A stretch of 64,000 bases of DNA. Origin: Bugula neritina. Taxonomy: Eukaryota; Animalia; Bryozoa. Location: the NCBI GenBank assembly GCA_964035545.1, contig OZ037767.1:7084707-7148706 (forward strand), written 5' to 3'. Under the pieces are notes generated by a model. It saw nothing but the letters and a program-made list of their open reading frames with translations. It did no database searches and was not told where the DNA came from. Shown in pieces: positions 55,301 to 64,000 of the stretch (positions are counted from its first letter, which is position 1; every line of letters begins with the position of its first letter). The position numbers and the translations under genes were made by a program.

Positions 55301-58300
55301 AGAGTACGTTTGTGAGTGCTAGCTCAGGACCGTAGACCGAGGAGCACCACCAGCCAACTACTCTAACCCGGAGTCTCAACTTCACCCCTACCAGACGGAC
55401 AGGAGCTGGAGTTACCTCGCAGCCAAGCTATTAACCCGCAACTGCACACCGACCCCGAGCTCACCCCAAGGCTACAATATATATATTACTCGGTGAGTTT
55501 ACGATACTCAAAATCAGTAAAACCCACCACAACATTTTGGTGGAGGTGCAGTCGCTCTCGTGCACCGCTCCAGTTTCTCAGTCTATCTGTGTGTTTTATT
55601 AGTTGAGACTGCCATAGAAGTCCCGTACAGTTAGTTTTTTCCAATTTGTTTTTTTCATGTGGCTTGTTTTTATCTTACTGTTGATTTGTGCACAAATTGA
55701 CACGAGGACGTGTCTGCTTTAAATATGGGGTGGAAATATTATGTTATATATTGTGCAAGCAAAAACAATTAATTAGTAAATTACCCAGAGGCTTATAATA
55801 TAAACAAATTTAATACCTAATTATATAAATAGCCTATATATCACTTTGTGTCACACAATGGCCACATGTAGTGACTGGTGCCACTTATTTAGATGCCCCA
55901 AAAGTTGGGCTTTTGTTCATCAATTTGGTGATATTTCTGACAACTGGTATCGAACCAAAGCTGATTTTAGCTATCGAGCAAAAGCTCTCAACCTCATAGA
56001 TGAGCAAAGTGTTAAATTCCTAGGCTTTTGTCTCTATGGTAATGCAAAACAAAGTTATCAGAACATTGTAAGGTCTACAAATTTCCAAATCTCATTTGAC
56101 ACCCTGATTAATGTTCTTGACAAAAAGTTTAATAAGAACCACTCTACAAAGATGAAAAAGTTCCTAGACCTCCATATTAGGGCCCATGAGTCTACAGAAG
56201 ATTTTTTATGTAGAGTTATCGATGAGGGTAATAATCTTTATATGCTAGATAGTGGCTCAAAACTTACTATTATAGGTGAGACTTTTGCTACTGGCGTAGG
56301 TAACCGTGAGCTAAGTTACATTTTGCTGCCACAACTGGCTGGTAGGTTTAAAAATCCACCAACCATAGAGGAGTTGTTCACACTTTGCTATAAGCACAGT
56401 GTGGACAGTCCGAGTAGGAAACCTACCAAATGCCATATCTGCGCCAGTATTATTACTAAAGTAGGTCCAGAGTGCAGACCGGCAGATGAAGAATCAAACA
56501 TCCGGATCCCCGAGTCCAGATTCTCCACCTCACAACCTGCCGGAAGCACCCAGCACTGCAACCCAGCAACGGAGATACCTGCAACCTCAGACGGTACCAC
56601 TGAGGCAGAAGGTATGAACCCCAGCTGTTCATCGGCACCGCCATGTTCAGCTACTGGAGAGCAAGTCCGACCTACTATCAAAGTCTCACCAGAAGAGAAG
56701 ATAGCCGCAAGCCTTCATCAGGATGTGATGACTGCCACAACCAACCTTCACTCAAGCTCAAAAGCCTCTGATAAGGTATTTAATGTGTGCAATCACCCTG
56801 TGACAGCAGCCATATATCTTCTTGTATACATGCTTTTCTCTACTCTACAACACCTGGTGTACACCATCACAAGCATTTATTTTGGCGTCACTTTTATCTT
56901 TAAACTGGGTAAAGACATCTACTCAAGTGGCAGGGTTAAATGTCAAACCCAAGGGCATAACGGTATTCTATTACTTGGAAATTACAAAATAATTTTTCCT
57001 AAGTTGAGTAAGCCAAAATTCGGCCCACACACCAAATACATTTATAGGTTGGCCAACAAGCTTTTGAGATACTTCTCAAAAGCTATTGTCAGACTTGACC
57101 CTCTCCCCCTGGCAGTCTGAACAATAACAATATCCTAGCCCAAATACAAGCCCTCAGTACCTAGATCTAGAGAGGTATTTATATAATTAAATTACTAGCC
57201 CATTATGTAACCAGCCTAAGAGTTTCTATAAATCTCCATATTAGTTTCTCATAGTCCCAGCCCATCCGGCTGTTGGACATGTACAAGCCATTAATGCCCA
57301 ACTTGATATACTATTTCCTCCGTAGTCCCAGCCCATCCGGCTGTTGGACATGTGCAGGCCACTAATGCCCAACTCTATATACTATTTACTCCGTAGTCCC
57401 AGCCTATCGAGCTGTTGGACGCTTGCAGGCCATCATTCAATGTATGTGCACATATACTAACAATTTTATGGAATTACAGGGCTCGTCCAGAATGACGTTA
57501 AACTTCAATCAAAAAACTAGAGCTACACAGTATACTGTCATAATATATAGGCTACTTCAACAAATAGGCTACATACGATATTTATATAAAGCGCTTTTAA
57601 ACACAAACTGTCCCGAACAACAAACGAATCGAAAAACAATTTTATAATTTATATCGCCATGACGACACGTCAGTAGGGCAACACGTACGTATAATCACTA
57701 CAGAAAATGGGACACCGACACAGATCGAATATATAAAATTTCATAATGGTATACCGACAGCATGCATAAATCCGTACGGAAATACAACAAATTTACAGGC
57801 CTTGCAAAAAACAAAAATTACTACTGGACGTCCATAGAGCTCTATACTTTGACATTGACTAGACTAAATTTCATAGACGTATGAAATAGACTGAGTGCAC
57901 ATTACTCTGGTGCATTTTGCTATCCTGCATGCTAGCTAATTAATACTAACCACTTTCTATATGTTGGTGATGGGTATATGTATATAATTTTATGTTGTGA
58001 ATTTTCTATTAATGAAGCGCTGCTGCTGCCTGGCCACGACACACATTTAAGCACAACTTGTGCTGGTGCCTCACGTATGACAGTATATGACTTCATTTAG
58101 TATGATACGACAGTAATCCAGTATGAGCGTACTTATTTGAAAACATAAATAAAACTAGCTATAAAAATATTATACTGTAGTTATGTGTACCAAACTCATA
58201 TAAGAGTTACCAGGGATTAATGTTGTTTGCAATTACTTCTTCAAGAGGAAAATAGAATATACGCATTATTGTTAGTAGGATATATGTGGAGACGGCACTG

Positions 58301-61300
58301 TGGGGGCTGGCATTGCTACATGTGACTGCAGCGCATGGGGCATGTCAGCTGCCACCCGTGCAGCCTCAGTCACTCCCATGTATTGTTCAGATTATGGCCC
58401 TAGTTAACTCTAATTAAACTCCTCTATACCTAAGTGCAATACTATTTAGTCAAATTACTAATCGAATTAATATATAATACGTCTTATCGCCTTATAAGAT
58501 TTTCTCTTGAAGTAATCATCTATTAAGCTCATTACCAACCACGCGGGCCTATATACCTTGACAAACTCAAGCTGGTAGGTAGTCATCGTCTGTGACTACT
58601 GCACCATACCATTATTACTCTCTAACTGATGTGTATTATCAATGAACTGGAAAAATTCAATATGTATGACAACCATAGTCTTGTGAATCTACAGGTTCAT
58701 AGTGTTTTATTAATTGATATCATCTTGCTGCTGGAGCAGTAATCAAAGGTTAATTTTCATTCTCTAGGAAAACATTGACATAGTTGAGTTCTGAGGATTG
58801 GAAGCAATTAGTGATGATTTAAGGGGAAGTAGTTTTGTTAATTAACCTAATAGCTGGTCCTAAGTGAATCAAACTAGACAGTTTAGGAAATAGTAGATCA
58901 GGTATAAACTTTAATGAGCTGTGAGCCTTACCGGCAAGACAGCTTGAAATGGTTAATTGTTTGAGATATTATATTACACAACTCTGTGTGATGAAGGTGT
59001 TTCCATTTCTCTTTTGGGCCCTGGATATTACTTTGTAGACATTTCTATTATTGTGATAAAGATACTCAGGCCTATTGCCTATATCAATTGTCATTCTCTC
59101 CATATTTATATACATCTTAGTTTACGACAGGCTCATGCAGTCATCATATTATATTAATTATGTTAGCCTTATCATTATAAAGAAATATACTAGCCCCAGT
59201 AAATACACCTATCTACGTAGACCTCTAATCCTTAATCACATATTACATTGGTATAGACTGGTACCACCATACTCCAATCTCCGCTATAGCCTTTGCCCAC
59301 GTCATATAATGTGCTTGATATGTATATAGTTGCATTTAGCATTGAATACAAGCTTATAAATGTAAGTCGCCACAGCCAATATTAAAAGTCAGGAGTAATT
59401 AATTATAATTCCTTAGTTCAAGTCCCACATACAATTAGTTTAGAGTAAACGCTGATATGAGTTTAGTGCTACATAAACAGAATATAATACAAGGCCATTG
59501 CTATTACTGTGGGTATAGCATTGCAGACTACAGTTTTTTTCACTATAGTTACAAAGATGGTATATAGAATAAATTATACTAATTATGCTAATCCTTGCCG
59601 ATTTTATACTAATAAGAGGGGCTACTTAGAATTAGATAAGTCATTAATCAAAATAATTGGTCCGGCAACATCTGTCAGATTAAAAGGTTATTATATTTAA
59701 TGTGGAAGTAAGCTTATAATTAAATTGCATATATGTCTCATAATATCTCATTAATCTAGAACAATAGTAATTGATACTTTCCTTGAAGATAGGGCTACAC
59801 AGCCACAACCCATTTACAAATGGCTATATATCATTATACCCTGCATAATTTTTAATTTTAAGATTTAATTTATAATGCTTAGTTAACTATGAAATTCAGA
59901 CTTAAGTCATGCTAACTCATTTAGTTAAAAAATAGAAATTGATGCAATCGCTGCAAAGAAAAAATAAATAAACGCTGACTGATGAAGCTACTTTCTACCT
60001 AGGTCTTGGCTTGTTCAAGTTTCATCGTTAAAATCTTGCATGCTACATGCACTAACATATTATGGTTATATTTACTGAATAAACGTTTTTAATTTTTTCA
60101 AATGTAGGTATAGTAACAGTGTAGGTATAGTACAGACTAATATTTAATATAACTAATTTCTTTCAATAGAACATAAAGTGATCCACAAGGTGATTAAAAA
60201 AAAAATATATATATATACATACATACATATACATACATATATAGCATACATGCATCTATAGCATTTTATCTGATAGGCTCTATTTTATAAAAGGTAACAA
60301 AAGGAAATTTGCAACTTTCAATAGACAGAAGTTGAATTAATTCTTGCTGTGCTGTTCTCTTGTATGTTACCTATTCTATAACTTGGTCAATAGCAGTAGT
60401 AAATCCCACAGCCCTATTAAACAGTTGTGAGGCTAGTAGACACTCACAGCTATTATATAAAGGTTACTATGTAGGTATGTAGTAATTTCCAATACGTCTA
60501 TTAATATCAATTATACCCAATGTCTAATATATTGCAAGTTCTAATATGTCCAGTAATCCTAAAGTAATTACATATTTAATAGTTTGACCTTGTTACTGCA
60601 ATATTTATCCTTAAATCGCAATGCTCCTAGTTAAGTATTTACAGGTGGAACTGTAAATTTTTATTGTGACGGAGAATGTTATATCTGGATTTATAAGTAT
60701 TATAAATATGTGTAGTTGTCATCTCTTGCTGTTGCATGTGTGTGGGGTGCACAACTCTAAGTTTGACATTAATATTACTTATAGCGTGGGTGTGGCTTGT
60801 GTGAGTGTGATAGCTATATAACCTAGTGCAAATGGGAGAATGGAGAGACTTGAGACTGATTGAGGAACAATTGAGAATATTTATATAGAATGTATGCAAC
60901 CTAATTAGAATGTGTTAGAGTATGTTTGTGAGTGCTAGCTCAGGACCGTAGACCGAGGAGCACCACCAGCCAACTACTCTAACCCGGAGTCTCAACTTCA
61001 CCCCTACCAGACGGACAGGAGCTGGAGTTACCTCGCAGCCAAGCTATTAACCCGCAACTGCACACCGACCCCGAGCTCACCCCAAGGCTACAATATATAT
61101 ATATTACTCAGTGAGTTTACGATACTCAAAATCAGTAAAACCCACCACAACATAGTGATATGACAAACCTTAGAGTATTAGTATTACATTGACTATTACT
61201 ATTATTACTAATACAGTAATAGTAATAGTAATAGTATTCTACTAATACTAATAATAATAGAAATGGTTAAAGTCATAGTCAATCATACTCATAGTGATAG

Positions 61301-61524
61301 TGCAACATCCTGATTTTGATTATCATTATGATTATGATCAACTATAAGTATAAGTATAACCTCAGCAGTAGCCAGTATGACTGCATAAAGACAACTACTA
61401 GTATTACTATCACTGCATTTATAAATTAAAGTACAAGTTAAACTAAAACTTACACAACCTTTCCTAAATGCAAAAGCACAACAGAAGTCAAAGTTGCTAT
61501 TATAACTTTCACATATATATTCAT
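42747..61524 (-). CDS. PON: Paraoxonase/arylesterase-like gene C, complete, 9 exons; intron 1 expanded by two LTR elements
   Basis: Exons 61454-61524 (MNIYVKVIIATLTSVVLLHLGKV), 46793-46866, 46492-46550 (AGSEDMTLLPSGKLLVTS), 45939-46113, 45699-45816, 44374-44577, 44107-44182, 43492-43629, 42747-42923; exon sizes identical to gene A. Confidence 0.9.
45400..45615 (-). mobile_element. tRNA-derived SINE with ~22-bp TSD
   Basis: Minus strand starts gagagcaaccgTGGTCTAGGGGttag (A box) ...ggtcgagccc (B-box-like). Flanked by agcatatgtgatgtaacaaaaa / agcatatgtgtggtaacaaaaa; absent from the paralogous PON-B intron (~18550). Confidence 0.8.
47174..47561 (+). mobile_element. 5'-truncated LINE 3' end (CR1/L2/Crack-type) nested in the 5' LTR
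   Basis: Absent from the 3' LTR. Encodes HSINTRQ..LP..LWNELPIPLRSISNPNEFGRKLRLYLL* (typical ORF2 C-terminus), then a 3' UTR, AATAAA and a (CAAA)n tail; no TSD. Confidence 0.85.
47726..48592 (+). CDS. gag: Gag
   Basis: KAPTFTGSEDVEQFIQEF...W...LRARFG...SLQEHAATVKKLAQIAY...FVQSLND capsid-like ORF just after the PBS. Confidence 0.88.
   Translation: METENARMQPPPVEGERRNAVNPVNREGEEAYRHCLKAPTFTGSEDVEQFIQEFREVMEVAQWPHRVALIQLRRAVTEQAKPYGVGTDVDGILAALRARFGTSVIDARTKLERLCRTPRTSLQEHAATVKKLAQIAYSDLPAQHQERYTYDAFVQSLNDLGLDHHLRAKRITRIEDALKAGEAYLLATQMHRAQRNPPVVGVSAARATTGSEALPLEAEVDRMVEMLGQLVTILAGAGPGQALRVPPTPVGQGWSSADQDQGQKGRPQYQGALNCHGPRTLSLPAGRN
48541..48585 (+). promoter_or_regulatory. Putative -1 ribosomal frameshift signal
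   Basis: G TTA AAC in gag frame (48541-48547), 5-nt spacer, perfect 10-bp GC stem cggcccgcgg/ccgcgggccg (48553-62/48576-85); the -1 frame is open through the G-run at 48885-48893. Confidence 0.75.
48881..53075 (+). CDS. pol: Pol (PR-RT-RH-IN) with homopolymer frameshifts and an integrase Zn-finger deletion
   Basis: LDSGC protease, FCVDYRKLN, YLDD, DTDAS, integrase core, KPKFVGPY. Removing one C from the run 52425-52432 continues into ORF 52434..53075 (RTRKPPPYLKDF). Confidence 0.93.
53093..54174 (+). CDS. Extra ORF3 of the Gypsy element: acidic/disordered N-terminus, tandem C2H2-type zinc fingers, basic patch, C-terminal coiled coil (frameshift at (CTCGG)4)
   Basis: CNLCQQRFTTHRRLKVHLPQH and CPCGEYSYNRDYLLRHQRTMQC; removing one CTCGG unit at 53781-53800 fuses ORFs 53093..53938 and 53899..54174 via ALEQGFPSPRPII. 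Confidence 0.75.
55858..57120 (+). CDS. Gag-like protein with C-terminal hydrophobic segments
   Basis: 420-codon ORF in AT-rich DNA. LYGNAKQSY..FDTLINVLDKKF..HESTEDFLCRV..FATGVGNREL..PPTIEEL resembles a retrotransposon capsid; then a Ser/Thr/Pro linker and PVTAAIYLLVYMLFSTLQHLVYTITSIYFGVTFIF. Confidence 0.7.
   Translation: MATCSDWCHLFRCPKSWAFVHQFGDISDNWYRTKADFSYRAKALNLIDEQSVKFLGFCLYGNAKQSYQNIVRSTNFQISFDTLINVLDKKFNKNHSTKMKKFLDLHIRAHESTEDFLCRVIDEGNNLYMLDSGSKLTIIGETFATGVGNRELSYILLPQLAGRFKNPPTIEELFTLCYKHSVDSPSRKPTKCHICASIITKVGPECRPADEESNIRIPESRFSTSQPAGSTQHCNPATEIPATSDGTTEAEGMNPSCSSAPPCSATGEQVRPTIKVSPEEKIAASLHQDVMTATTNLHSSSKASDKVFNVCNHPVTAAIYLLVYMLFSTLQHLVYTITSIYFGVTFIFKLGKDIYSSGRVKCQTQGHNGILLLGNYKIIFPKLSKPKFGPHTKYIYRLANKLLRYFSKAIVRLDPLPLAV
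57252..57437 (+). repeat. 71-bp tandem repeat x2.6, each unit with a stem-loop
   Basis: Units start at 57252, 57323, 57394: tagtcccagcc-catcc-ggctgttggac... Confidence 0.9.
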
Positions 61525-63496
61525 CTTTGAACTTGGTCTTGAAGCCTGCAGAAAAGTTGAAGAAATTCAATTGCAGAGATGTATTAATAATATACAATAA
61601 CTATAAGATCAATTCAAATACTTCAATCAACTACTAATGACGGTAGCGATAAAATATTAGGAAATTCAAGGGATTAACTTATTAGTTATTACCTTGACTT
61701 TTAACAAGTAGAATAAATCATTTGTCAATAGACCTCAAAATGGGCGGGTCTCAAAAACTGAAACTGAAATGAAATAGATGGAATCGTACTCATTCAGCGT
61801 TAGCAACTTTACCCCTTGTAAAAGTTGAATACATCGCGGTTTTCGATTCACTCCAATCTCGAAGAATGATTCGAGTTGGCCGATTTGACCTCCAGATGGA
61901 GGCGCCTACAAAGGAATTTTTTAACTTGATTAGCGAACATAACATCACACGGTCTCGCCAATCGCCAGACTGTGATTATAACCTGTATGCTCTTCACCTC
62001 TTCAACTACAACTTGTTGCATGGTTGTTAGGGTGTAATGCCATTCAAATCCAAATGGGGAACCAGCAAACTTGTTTCCAGGCTTTTGCAATATGCCTGCT
62101 TCTCTTATTGTGGTTTTTGCAAAGCAGTTGTAGCCATAATAAATTATGTCACTGCGCACATTGCGTGCACTTATATACATGTTACAATATACCAGTTCTG
62201 CATGTGGGCTGTGTTTCCAAGCAAAGTGATTATTGACTTATACAAGCTTGAATACAGCTGCTGTATTTGCTGTTGCATTAGGTTATCTAATAGATAAATC
62301 ATTCTAATGATTCACTTGCAGCTTCTTTTAAAATAGTATGTAAGTTTTTTCAATGCCTACACCTCCATAACATGTCTTGTGATTCAACAGGCCTGGAGCT
62401 TTTGATTGCAATAAAAATGCTATAAGAAGACAACTCTACTTGAACAAAGTCTTACAATTTAAAATTAATATAATTAGAATTCACAATGATACTATTTCTA
62501 TATTATTTTAAGTATATACTTAGATAACTAGTTATTATTTGTTTTGGTAGAATACATTAAATTATATAAAACTTTTCTATCATAAAGACCTGACAGACCA
62601 TTGTGTGTATAACAACTTCTTTATAGTCCATCTAGCAGCAATCTTTTAAAGTAAATAAAATGCAAATTAAAGTATATTATTATTGTACTTCGTGGTTACC
62701 TTATGTTACAACTTCTCTAACAACCATGCAAGCATATACTATACACAGTATATTTAGAACATTTGACATACTGGCTATAGGAAATATGAAATGCTACCTA
62801 AAGTTACAGGTAATACCACTTCCAAATGTCTGTTAAATGCTGTACACTTCTTTTTTCCTAAAACTACCACCAAGAATTGAGTGAAATGCTTCTCATGTAA
62901 TAAGATAGTTTTGCATGCAAAATTTTGAGCTGCTCCATGATTTACTTTGTATTGTTTTATGTATCTTATATTATATATCATATTTATATATTATATTTAT
63001 TTTAGATACTATTATATATTTATTATATATTATTTTTTCTAGAAATTGACTTATGCTTCTCATCAATATTCACTAAAACTGGATGCGGTTTTAATTGAAA
63101 CTCTAACTGTCTGAAAAGATTTAAAGTATAATATTATTGTGAAACACACCTTATAAGTTATGACACAGTCTACAATTATGCTCAGAAGGCATGTAACATT
63201 GAAAACCATTAAACTTAACAAATACTGTAAACATAGAATACCCGGTGTTATCACATAATTCACACTAATTACCTAGTAAAGAATTACAAAATGGTTATAA
63301 TTATTATACGAAGATTAAAAAAGGTATTGAAGATAAAAAACATATTATACAAATTGAACTATTAGTAACATGATCATATAAAAATATTTTTTATGAATAT
63401 ATAAAATGTATATATTTAGTATTATATATAATTGTATATACTAATATAAGATATCAATGTATACAATTACATTAATTATATTAATAATATAACTCA

Positions 63497-63673
63497 TTAA
63501 GATCTGCCGGAGAGGTAATTGACATCACAGACCACCATCTTGTCAACAATTGAACCAATCAGAAGCTTCCTATTAGTATAGATAGCTACAGAAGATGCCT
63601 GAATGACTGACATATCATCAACAAATACGGATTCTACTTCAGCCACTCCAGTTGGGTCCTTCACTCTAATCAC
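63497..63673 (-). CDS. PON: Paraoxonase-like gene D, last exon (gene continues off the right edge)
   Basis: 177-nt exon VIRVKDPTGVAEVESVFVDDMSVIQASSVAIYTNRKLLIGSIVDKMVVCDVNYLSGRS*, paralogous to exon 9 of A, B and C. Confidence 0.9.
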   Translation of the reverse strand: MIRVKDPTGVAEVESVFVDDMSVIQASSVAIYTNRKLLIGSIVDKMVVCDVNYLSGRS

Positions 63674-64000
63674 CTAAAAGTGTTTATAATTAGCTAATAA
63701 TTCAGCATCATATAAAATTTGAGCTTGATGGTTGAAAAACAATTCGACATCATATAAAATGCATAAAGTTGTATAAACTAGTCAAGGAGCAGCCAATAAT
63801 TAGTTGAAGATTAAAGCTGCCCATCAAAATGTAAAGCTCTAGACTCTAGAGCCAATGGAAAGCATTAAATGTGTACATAAAAAAGTTGATGTTTTTAAGA
63901 AATTACGCAGCAAATGATTAAAACAATGGCAGTTTGCAATGAAAATGTTTCACTTCATTCAAATTTAGTGAAAATTGGTGTGAGCAAACTGTTGATATTC

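Larger units (their letters stand above)
55061..61152 (+). mobile_element. Non-autonomous (pol-less) LTR element
   Basis: LTRs 55061..55534 and 60677..61152 (TG..CA; 2 substitutions plus one TA unit); 4-bp TSD TAGT; PBS TGGTGGAGGTGC 55538-55549 (tRNA-Ala-type); short PPT gacggagaa; no PR/RT/IN motif in 5.1 kb of internal sequence. Confidence 0.93.

Noticed and set aside
57252-57437. CRISPR-like array
   Set aside because: The whole 71-bp unit repeats, there are no unique spacers or cas genes, and the context is eukaryotic.

Overview
AT-rich, intron-rich animal (invertebrate-like) genomic DNA. Left to right: the first two exons of glycogen phosphorylase (-), head-to-head with an 8-exon prostaglandin reductase 2-like gene (+) whose last intron holds a Penelope-like retroelement with inverted pseudo-LTRs and minimal hammerhead ribozymes. 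Most of the window is a tandem array of paraoxonase/arylesterase (PON) genes on the - strand: A complete, B lacking exons 1-3, C complete with a 14.6-kb first intron, D last exon only. The array is interrupted by a ~22-kb TE-bounded block carrying an apparently intact single-pass receptor gene (signal peptide, 3 F-type lectin/discoidin domains, FN3-like repeats, RPTP-type juxtamembrane domain, sushi, TM, Tyr-motif tail, no phosphatase) and some orphan micro-exons. Three young LTR elements with TSDs are present: a Mag-like Gypsy with an in-frame RT deletion, a Gypsy with a -1 frameshift signal and an extra C2H2 zinc-finger/coiled-coil ORF, and a pol-less element with a gag-like ORF ending in hydrophobic segments. 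There are also MITEs, a SINE, a LINE fragment and microsatellites. All exon models and family calls were made by eye from splice signals, phase continuity and remembered family motifs; no database search was run.
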